Virus record (IMG/VR): IMGVR_UViG_3300036773_000157
Coordinates: 1-43,810 of that record
From: a virus
Lineage: Duplodnaviria > Caudoviricetes
Reading direction: 5' to 3' (one strand)
DNA: 43,810 nucleotides
In this document: in pieces, positions 17,623 to 24,376 of the stretch
Layout: every line of letters begins with the position of its first letter
How positions within the stretch are numbered: the first letter of the stretch is position 1
The notes under the pieces: generated by a model
What the model was told of the DNA's origin: nothing
What the model saw: only the letters and a program-made list of their open reading frames with translations
Databases searched by the model: none
Made by a program: the position numbers and the translations under genes

Positions 17623-17913
17623 TCAAATCTCCTTCGCCAGTTTCAGCGCCCGCGAGATGTCGCGGTCCTGAGTGGATTTGTCTCCGCCGCAGAGCAGGAC
17701 GATGACTTCGCTGCCGCGGCGGACGAAATACAGCCGGTAGCCCGGCCCATAGTGGATGCGCGCTTCGCTCACGCCTTCGCCGACCGGCTTCGCGTCGCCG
17801 AGCGAGCCGTTCTGCATCACGATCATCCGGGCGACGATCCGCTGATGCGCCTTCCGGTCCCGCAGGCCTGCGAGCCATTCGGCGAAATCCTCGGTCTGGC
17901 GCATCTCGATCAT
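17623..17913 (-). CDS. RelE/ParE-superfamily addiction-module killer toxin (toxin-first order)
   Basis: FAEWLAGLRD, GSLGDAKPVGEGVSEARIHYGPGYRLYF, LLCGGDKSTQDRDI. Confidence 0.93.
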   Translation of the reverse strand: MIEMRQTEDFAEWLAGLRDRKAHQRIVARMIVMQNGSLGDAKPVGEGVSEARIHYGPGYRLYFVRRGSEVIVLLCGGDKSTQDRDISRALKLAKEI

Positions 17914-17915
17914 GT

Positions 17916-17960
17916 GTCAACTGTAGTTGACGACATGGCGCGTTGTCAACTGAAGTTGAC
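17916..17960 (-). promoter_or_regulatory. TA promoter with two palindromic operators
   Basis: GTCAACTGTAGTTGAC (17916-17931) and GTCAACTGAAGTTGAC (17945-17960); minus-strand TTGACA...TACAGT ends 6 nt before the toxin ATG, suggesting a leaderless mRNA. Confidence 0.8.
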
Positions 17961-17993
17961 GGCTTGCCCGCCCCTGCACGGGGGTGCGCGGCC

Positions 17994-18227
17994 ATGAACA
18001 AGATCACCTACGTCAGGGTCGGCGGCCCGCCGGCCGACTGGCAGAGCATCGAAGTCGTCGACCTCGACACCGGCCAGCTGGTCGAGGGCGTGATCGAGGT
18101 CGATTCCGACTGCGGCTGGCTGGTGCGCCGCGCGTCCCCGGCCTGGTCCGCGGCCTGGCAGACGGGCGCCGCCCCGGCCCCGGAGCGGATCAAGGGCCGG
18201 TTCTACCTGCGGCGGAGGCGAGTATGA
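17994..18227 (+). CDS. Hypothetical protein
   Basis: MNKITYVRVGG...; coupled to the next gene. Confidence 0.6.
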   Translation: MNKITYVRVGGPPADWQSIEVVDLDTGQLVEGVIEVDSDCGWLVRRASPAWSAAWQTGAAPAPERIKGRFYLRRRRV

Positions 18228-18949
18228 AGCCCGCCGGATCCTCCGCCGTCATGGCCGCCCGGGCGCCGGAGCTGGTGGAGGCCGACGACTCGCGCCAGGC
18301 GCTGCACCGCAAGCTGGAGTACTTCCCGACGCCCCCATGGGCGGCCCGGGCCGGCGGCGAGCTGATCGCGCGTCTCGACGCCGGACCCTGGCAGGCCTGG
18401 GAGCCGGCCTGCGGCGAGGGCCACATGGCCCATGGGCTGGCCGACGACTTCGCCCGCGTGCACGCCTCCGACATCCACGACCATGGCTGGGACGGCCAGC
18501 ATGGGCCGCCGCTCGACTTCCTGGGCCGCGATGCCGACGTCTTCACCGAGGCCGACTGGATCGTCACCAATCCGCCGTTCGGCCTGGCCGCCGAGTTCGT
18601 GCAGGCGGGCCTGCGACGGGCGCGCCGCGGCGTGGCAGTGCTGGCCCGCACCACCTGGTTCGAAAGCGCTGAGCGCTATCCGCTGTTCTTCGGCGAGACG
18701 CCGCTCTCGGTGTTCGCGCCGTTCTTCGAGCGGGTGCCGATGGCGCTGGGTCGATGGGAGCCGAAGGGCTCCACGGCCACGGCCTATGCGTGGTTCGTCT
18801 GGATGAAGCCGTCGACGAGCCGGGACTCCACCACGCCCATCGTCAAGCCCATCCCTCCCGGAACGCGCCACCGCCTGACCCGGCCCGACGACGCCCGGCT
18901 GTTCGGGGCCAAGGCGGGCGCGCCGCTGTTCGACGAGGTGAGCGGATGA
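18224..18949 (+). CDS. SAM-dependent amino (N6A/N4C-type) DNA methyltransferase
   Basis: YFPTPPW, WEPACGEGHM (SAM-binding), WIVTNPPF (catalytic). Confidence 0.88.
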   Translation: MKPAGSSAVMAARAPELVEADDSRQALHRKLEYFPTPPWAARAGGELIARLDAGPWQAWEPACGEGHMAHGLADDFARVHASDIHDHGWDGQHGPPLDFLGRDADVFTEADWIVTNPPFGLAAEFVQAGLRRARRGVAVLARTTWFESAERYPLFFGETPLSVFAPFFERVPMALGRWEPKGSTATAYAWFVWMKPSTSRDSTTPIVKPIPPGTRHRLTRPDDARLFGAKAGAPLFDEVSG

Positions 18950-19092
18950 TCTGGCTGATCCTGATCCCCGTGCTGTTCCCCTCGCTGTTCCTCGCCGTCG
19001 TCGGCATGCCGCGGGCCGAGCTCGCCGACGCCGGCTTGCCCGAGCGGGACGAAGGCTGGTTCGACGTTCCCGGCGAGGGGCCCGATGCCTGA
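18946..19092 (+). CDS. Small membrane protein
   Basis: MIWLILIPVLFPSLFLAVV; ATGA overlap. Confidence 0.5.
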   Translation: MIWLILIPVLFPSLFLAVVGMPRAELADAGLPERDEGWFDVPGEGPDA

Positions 19093-19438
19093 GCGCCTCC
19101 CCGCCACCCGCATCCCGCCCGACCGGGTCGTGCACGGCCACAACCCCTTGCTGTGCCCCTGGTGCGGCCAGGACATGGGCGCGGCCACCCTGACGCTCGA
19201 GGCGCTGCAGCTGGCCCACCAGGAGCCGCGGGGCCTGGCCTTCGCGCACCGGGACGTGGACGGCGTGGCGGACGATGCGGCGCTGGCCGCCGACTGCCCG
19301 CAGTGCGCCCGGCCCGTGCTGGTCGCCCTGCAATGGTTTCACAGCGCCGGGCGCGTGGTGCGCCTGCTGGGCGCGCGGACCCCGGCCGACGCCGCCTGGC
19401 TGGCGGACCGCTCGGCGGCCGAGCCGGCCGACACCTGA
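19085..19438 (+). CDS. Zinc-ribbon-like protein
   Basis: CPWC and CPQC pairs. Confidence 0.6.
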   Translation: MPERLPATRIPPDRVVHGHNPLLCPWCGQDMGAATLTLEALQLAHQEPRGLAFAHRDVDGVADDAALAADCPQCARPVLVALQWFHSAGRVVRLLGARTPADAAWLADRSAAEPADT

Positions 19439-19495
19439 TCGATCCCCCAGGCCCGCCGGGGGACCGGGGCGGGCGCCGTTATGGAGGAAGCCCTT

Positions 19496-20020
19496 ATGGC
19501 TGACGGAGGCTCGAATATCGACGTGCTGAACAGCACAGCCCAAGGCCAGCTGAAGTCCATTATTGAGCGCGTCGAGCGCCTGGAAGTGGAAAAGGCCGAG
19601 GTCGCCGAACAGATCAAGGAAGTGTTCGCCGAGGCCAAGGGCAACGGGTTCGACGTGAAGATCCTGCGCCGCGTGGTGCGCCTGCGAAAGACCGACAAGG
19701 CTAAGCGCCAGGAGGAGGACGCCATCCTCGACCTCTATCTCGCAGCATTGGGCGAGTTGCCGCTGTTCGAGCGGGCGGCGGCGCCGTCGAGCGACGCGAT
19801 CGTGACGGCGCAGGACGTGATCGACGTGGCGCACACGCTGTATCGGGAGGCTGTGGCGCTCGTGCTGGAGAACCGCAACGCCTCGACCTCCTTCGTCCAG
19901 CGCAAGCTCCAACTGCCCCACAAGACGGCCCTCGTGCTGATGGACCTGATGGAGGCGCAGGGCGTGGTCTCGCCGGCCGACTTCAAGGGCAAGCGCCAAG
20001 TGTTGGCGCTGGCCCCATGA
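19496..20020 (+). CDS. gapR: GapR (DUF2312) nucleoid-associated domain fused to an FtsK gamma-like winged helix
   Basis: DVLNSTAQGQLKSIIERVERLEVEKAE..EQIKEVFAEAKGNGFDVK...RQEEDAILDLYL (GapR), then LYREAVALVLENRNASTSFVQRKL...MDLMEAQGVVSPADFKGKRQVL (FtsK gamma); SD GGAGG. Confidence 0.88.
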   Translation: MADGGSNIDVLNSTAQGQLKSIIERVERLEVEKAEVAEQIKEVFAEAKGNGFDVKILRRVVRLRKTDKAKRQEEDAILDLYLAALGELPLFERAAAPSSDAIVTAQDVIDVAHTLYREAVALVLENRNASTSFVQRKLQLPHKTALVLMDLMEAQGVVSPADFKGKRQVLALAP

Positions 20021-20271
20021 GCAAGCGCCACGCGCCACGCCCGCCGGACCTGTTCGGCGAGCGCCAAGACGACCGGGTCGAGCGGGTAAACCTGATCGAT
20101 ATCGCCCTGCACCTGCACCACCAGACGGGGAAGGCCTGGCTGCTGTCCGACGACGGCGACGTGAAGTCCGCCAAGTGGCTGGCGTTCTCCATGGGCCAGC
20201 GGGGCGAGGGCCGGGACGACGGGGTGTGGACGATGGCGGTGTGGAAGGCGAAGGAGCTGGGCTGGGTCTGA
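20017..20271 (+). CDS. Small phage hypothetical protein
   Basis: HHQTGKAWLL....KWL....WKAKELG pattern; coupled at both ends. Confidence 0.7.
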   Translation: MSKRHAPRPPDLFGERQDDRVERVNLIDIALHLHHQTGKAWLLSDDGDVKSAKWLAFSMGQRGEGRDDGVWTMAVWKAKELGWV

Positions 20272-21179
20272 TGGGGGTTTCGGGGGCGTACGATCTTGGG
20301 GCTTGGTCCGACGGCCTGGCCGAGTGGGTTGATGGCGATACGGCGTTCCTGTCGGTCGCCTTCACCTGGAAGCTGGACGAGGCCTATGCGCGGGCGCTGT
20401 GGCATCGCGCGGCCGGCCGCAAGGTGCGGGTCGGCGGCCCCGGCGTGTTCACCCGCAAGCACTACCTCGCCGACGTCGCCGAGATCGGCGGCTCGATTCC
20501 GGACGCCTTGGTGCGCCACAATCCCATGGCCACGAAGGCCAGCGAGGGCTGCCCGGTCGGGTGCTTCTTCTGCATCGTCCCGGCGATGGAGGGGCGCGAG
20601 TTCACGTTGCTGCCGGAGTTCGTCCCGCGGCCTGTGCTGACGGACAACAACCTGTCCGCCCTGCCGGCCGAGTATCAGCAGTTCATCGTCGACCGATATG
20701 TGGGCGCCGGCGTGCCGTTGCTGGACGCCAACAGCGGGTTTGAGCCGAAGACCTTCGACGAAGAGGTGTTCGAGCGCTGGCGGCCGATCAATCGCGGCCC
20801 ATGGCGCTTCGGGTCGGACGAGGCGCTGGAGCGGGCGGATGTCGAGCGGGTGCTGGGGATGCTGCGCCAGCGCGGCGTCGGCGCCCGCCGGATCCAGGTC
20901 TATACGATGATCGGCCATGAGCCGTTCGACGTCTGCATGGAGCGCCTCCGCCATGTGATCGAGCATGGCGGCGAGCCCTACGTGCAGCCGATCATGAAGC
21001 TGAACGCCCTGCGCAAGGAGCCCTGGGTCCGCCACGACTGGACGCCCCTTAAGCTCCGCCAGGTGCAGCGCTGGGCGAACCGGCACATCTGGCGCACCTC
21101 GCCGTTCGAGGACTACCGGGCTTCTGAGAAGTCCCGCGGCGCGCCGATCGACGATCTGCAGGGGAGCTTCGCCCTGTGA
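20271..21179 (+). CDS. Radical SAM protein with a truncated cobalamin-binding-like N-terminus
   Basis: ASEGCPVGCFFC (CxxxCxxC), LSVAFTW, RVGGPG, DNN, VYTMIG. Confidence 0.75.
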   Translation: MGVSGAYDLGAWSDGLAEWVDGDTAFLSVAFTWKLDEAYARALWHRAAGRKVRVGGPGVFTRKHYLADVAEIGGSIPDALVRHNPMATKASEGCPVGCFFCIVPAMEGREFTLLPEFVPRPVLTDNNLSALPAEYQQFIVDRYVGAGVPLLDANSGFEPKTFDEEVFERWRPINRGPWRFGSDEALERADVERVLGMLRQRGVGARRIQVYTMIGHEPFDVCMERLRHVIEHGGEPYVQPIMKLNALRKEPWVRHDWTPLKLRQVQRWANRHIWRTSPFEDYRASEKSRGAPIDDLQGSFAL

Positions 21180-22198
21180 GCACCGACGCCACCACCTGGG
21201 CTAAGGCGCAGAAGTGCCCTTCGGCGCGCGCCAAGGCCGTGCTGATCTGTCTGGCGCCATACGCCGACGCCGAAGGCATGGCCTGGGCTGCAATCGACGT
21301 CCTGGTGATAGAGACCGAGCTTAAGATCGCGCGGACCGTCCAGCGCGGGCTGGCCGACCTGAAGGCCGCCGGGCTGATCGAAGAGACCGGCGAGACCAAG
21401 GTCTTCAAGGGCAGGATCTATCCGATCTATCGGCTGCCGCTGGAGCGCGGTCCGGCCAACACCCGCGAGCGCCTGGCCATGGACCGCGCGGAGCTTGGGG
21501 TGACGCCAGTGTCACCCCATGGGGCTTGGGGTGACACCACAGTCACCCCGCGGGGTGACACCGGAGACGCGCTTGGGGTGACACCCATGTCACCCAAAGA
21601 GAACCAACAGAATCTCCAACCTAACTCTCAGGGCGCGAGCGCGGGCGAGCCCGAGTGGCGCGCAGGGTTCGAAGCCCTCAAGGCCGCGGTCCCGGCGCTG
21701 ATGGTCGCCAACTCGAACCTGGACCAGGCGCTGCAGGCCTACATCGAACTGGCCCAAGGCGGTCAACCGGTTGAGAAACTTGCGCTTTATGCGGCCAGGA
21801 TGGCGGTCCATCCGACGACCCTGAAGCGGGATTTCGCCCCGGTCGGGCTCGAAAAGTGGCTGCGCTGGGGCCGCTGGGAGGGCTGGACGGACGAAGCCCT
21901 GGCGAAGAGCGGGCAGGGTTCGGCTGCCGGCAGCGCCGCCGGCTCGACGCGAACGCCGTTCGCCGATCCCCACATTCGAGCCGCTCTGGTGGCCATGTCC
22001 AGCGGGGCCTCGGTGGCCAGCTACCTCGACCCCTGCGGCTGGGATCCGGCCGGGCGGACGATCACGCCCAGGACGACGATGGCGCGCAAGTGGCTGGCCG
22101 AGAAGCTGCGGCATTGGGCGGGACCGAGTGAGGCGCCGCTCCTGGCGGCGCCGGCGCAGGCGGGCGCCGTGAACAGATCAGTCGAAGGGGTGTCGTGA
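21176..22198 (+). CDS. Replication initiator (N-terminal HTH, lambda O-like layout)
   Basis: AKAVLICLAPYADAEGMAW..IDVL...RTVQRGLADL..AGLI; internal iterons. Confidence 0.85.
   Translation: MSTDATTWAKAQKCPSARAKAVLICLAPYADAEGMAWAAIDVLVIETELKIARTVQRGLADLKAAGLIEETGETKVFKGRIYPIYRLPLERGPANTRERLAMDRAELGVTPVSPHGAWGDTTVTPRGDTGDALGVTPMSPKENQQNLQPNSQGASAGEPEWRAGFEALKAAVPALMVANSNLDQALQAYIELAQGGQPVEKLALYAARMAVHPTTLKRDFAPVGLEKWLRWGRWEGWTDEALAKSGQGSAAGSAAGSTRTPFADPHIRAALVAMSSGASVASYLDPCGWDPAGRTITPRTTMARKWLAEKLRHWAGPSEAPLLAAPAQAGAVNRSVEGVS
21493..21630. repeat. Putative replication origin: palindromic iterons plus A-rich tract
   Basis: GCTTGGGGTGAC-N6-GTCACCC at 21493, 21524 and 21571, a half site GGGGTGAC at 21552, then A/C-rich 21596-21630. 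Confidence 0.8.
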
Positions 22199-22728
22199 TG
22201 GCCAACGCCGCGTTGTCGAACCGGGCCCGCAGGCAGTTGCTCAAGACCATCGCGCCGGCCCCGCGCCATCCCAGGGTGGGCGAGGCCGGGCAGGGGGTGC
22301 GGGTCAGCGCCGACCCCGCTCCGCCGGCGGACCGCGACGGCCTGGTGTGGCTGGGGGAGAAGAAGCGGCTGACCCCCGATCAGCTGAAGGCGGCGTTCCA
22401 CTACCGCGACGCCTTCCGCGACGCCGGCGAAGTGTCGCTGAAGTCGGCGCTGGACGTCGGGGTGGGCGGCGGAGGCTATGGGCCGGCAACCCCGTCGCCC
22501 CTGGTCAGCCTGACCACAGCGCGGCGCGCGCTGCTGGTGATCCGCTACCAGGTGCTGCGGGGGCAAGTGGACATGCTGACGGTGATGGACGGGGTGTGCG
22601 GCGCGGGCCACACGCTGCGCGGCCTGGCCGGCGGCGACAAGCACCGGGCGCGGGACCTGGAAATCCTGCTGAAGGCGGCGCTGGACCAGGTGGTCGCATT
22701 CCGATGTGTCGCGACAAGCGGGGCTTGA
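22198..22728 (+). CDS. Putative late transcription regulator (DUF6456-like, Q position)
   Basis: DGLVWLGEKKRLTPDQLKAAFHYRDAF, VCGAGHTL, LLKAALDQV; last gene before packaging. Confidence 0.65.
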   Translation: MANAALSNRARRQLLKTIAPAPRHPRVGEAGQGVRVSADPAPPADRDGLVWLGEKKRLTPDQLKAAFHYRDAFRDAGEVSLKSALDVGVGGGGYGPATPSPLVSLTTARRALLVIRYQVLRGQVDMLTVMDGVCGAGHTLRGLAGGDKHRARDLEILLKAALDQVVAFRCVATSGA

Positions 22729-22760
22729 CGAACGGCGCCGAACCAGCGGACTAATCCTCC
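22725..22760 (+). promoter_or_regulatory. Candidate late promoter
   Basis: TTGACG overlapping the regulator stop, followed by GACTAAT about 18 nt later and a GC-rich leader. Confidence 0.4.
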
Positions 22761-22884
22761 ACCGCCCGAATCGCGACCGCAACGCCGCCCCCGCCTCCCA
22801 GTGAGGCCCGAGGGGGTCGCCAGGGGCCGTCGGCGCGGAACCTCAGACATCATCGTATCCTCCCAGGCATCCGAGGCTTAGCCG

Positions 22885-23766
22885 TTGGGCTATCTCACCA
22901 ACCTGCAGCCGACCTTGGGCGCGCTGCCGCCGCGCATCGCGCGCACGGCCGACGCCGAGGGCCACAGCGTCACGGTCGAGTTCTGGCGCAGCTGGTACAA
23001 GCTGGCGCGCTGGAAGCGGCTCAGGCTTCGGGTCTTTCTCAGGGATCTCTACACCTGCCAGCGCGCAGAGTGCGGGCGCCTGATCGGCGACACCTCGCAG
23101 CTGGTGGCCGACCATAAGGAGCCGCACCGCGGCGATGCGGTGTTGTTCTGGGAAGAGGACAACATCCAGACGCTGTGCGCCCCGTGCCACAACCGCTTCA
23201 AGCAGTCGCAGGAGCGTGCGGACCGGATAGGCGGTCTCCCGTCAGGCTCACGCCACGCCAGTCCGGGCAGGATGGCGCGGCCGGATTGGTTCCGTCGCGT
23301 GCACGTTCCGCTGACCGTGGTGTGCGGACCGCCGGGCGCCGGCAAGTCCACCTATGTCCGACACCATGCCGGCCCGGACGACCGGATCATCTGCTTCGAC
23401 GAGATCGCCACCCAGCTGATCGGGCGGACCGGGCCGATGCGGACGCAGGCGGCGCTGAGCGTCGATCAGATCGCGGACATCCTGCGCGTGCGCAACGAAG
23501 CGCTCGGCGACCTGATGCGGGTCAAGGCCAAGGCGATCTGCCCAGCGGCCTGGCTGATCCTCACCGAACCCAAGGCCGAGCATCGGACATGGTGGGCCGA
23601 GACGCTGGGCGCCCGCATCGTGGTGATGCCGACGCCCGCCGCCCTCTGTCGCGAGCGCATTGCCCACGACGCTGCGAACGGCGACATCCGCGGCGAGGGC
23701 GCGCGGCGCCTCATCGACGAATGGTGGCGCGTCTACCGCCCCGCCGAGATCGACGTCATCGGCTGA
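22885..23766 (+). CDS. Packaging-type HNH endonuclease fused to a P-loop NTPase domain
   Basis: RDLYTCQ..C, VADHKEPHRGD, NIQTLCAPCHN; then VVCGPPGAGKSTYV, IICFDEI. Confidence 0.85.
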   Translation: MGYLTNLQPTLGALPPRIARTADAEGHSVTVEFWRSWYKLARWKRLRLRVFLRDLYTCQRAECGRLIGDTSQLVADHKEPHRGDAVLFWEEDNIQTLCAPCHNRFKQSQERADRIGGLPSGSRHASPGRMARPDWFRRVHVPLTVVCGPPGAGKSTYVRHHAGPDDRIICFDEIATQLIGRTGPMRTQAALSVDQIADILRVRNEALGDLMRVKAKAICPAAWLILTEPKAEHRTWWAETLGARIVVMPTPAALCRERIAHDAANGDIRGEGARRLIDEWWRVYRPAEIDVIG

Positions 23767-23809
23767 CCCCCGAAATGCGACAGGTGAGAACCGATCGCAC
23801 TTGACACCT

Positions 23810-23890
23810 CGCGACGGGGTGGGGGGGTCGAATCCCTACGAAAATCGCGAGCTAGGGGACCGGCGGCCCCGTCATTCACGGATTTTTTTC
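23810..23890. other. Probable cos/packaging region
   Basis: GGGGTGGGGGGGTCGAATCCCT...GGGGACCGGCGGCCCC between HNH and terS, the usual location and G-run style of HK97-like cos sites. Confidence 0.5.
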
Positions 23891-23892
23891 TG

Positions 23893-24375
23893 ATGACTGA
23901 GGATTCCCCGGCCAAGGGCCCGGCGGTTGATCTGCTCGGTGATCCCTGGACGCCGCCGCGCGATCCGCGTGGGCGCAAGCGTCATAAGCGAAATCCGCAA
24001 GTCGCTGAGAAGGTTGCAGTTCTCAGGTCGACAGGATCGACGGTTTCGGATATCGCCAGCCGCTTGGGGATCAGCGAACCGACGCTGCGGCAGTATTATT
24101 TTCGGGAGCTACAGCAGGGGAGCGTGCTGGCCCGCCAGGTGCTGACCGAGGCGCTGTGGAAGCGGGCGCTTGAAGGCAGCGCCGCGGCGGCCAAGCTGGT
24201 GCTGCAGGAAATGGAGAAGGGCGACTTCATCGCGCCGGTCGCTGCGGCGGCGCCCACGGCGTCAGATCCGAAACTGGGCAAGAAAGAGCAGGCGGCTGTC
24301 GCCGCACAGTCGGCCGGCCTCGACACCGCGTGGGGTTCCGACCTGCAGCTCGCCGCCCCGCCGACCGTGAACTGA
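23893..24375 (+). CDS. terS: Terminase small subunit
   Basis: DPRGRKRH, HTH IASRLGISEPTLRQYYFREL, KLGKKEQA..AA, W.SDL; directly upstream of terL. Confidence 0.8.
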   Translation: MTEDSPAKGPAVDLLGDPWTPPRDPRGRKRHKRNPQVAEKVAVLRSTGSTVSDIASRLGISEPTLRQYYFRELQQGSVLARQVLTEALWKRALEGSAAAAKLVLQEMEKGDFIAPVAAAAPTASDPKLGKKEQAAVAAQSAGLDTAWGSDLQLAAPPTVN

Positions 24376-24376
24376 C

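Noticed and set aside
17146-17997. Plus-strand ORF running through the TA module
   Set aside because: Antisense to two clear genes; only the MSAKISY stub is informative, as an insertion scar.
14498-18949. Restriction-modification system
   Set aside because: No recognisable endonuclease partner; orphan phage methyltransferases are more likely.
18203-20365. 720-aa minus-strand ORF (also 24629-26461, 12224-13801 and similar)
   Set aside because: Antisense shadows typical of high-GC DNA, overlapping well-supported plus-strand genes and lacking motifs.
21493-21595. Palindromic repeats as a mini CRISPR array
   Set aside because: Gaps between repeats are only a few bases, the repeats lie inside the initiator CDS and no cas genes are present; iterons fit better.
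23816-23827. G run as a phase-variable tract
   Set aside because: It is intergenic at the expected cos position, where G runs are common.
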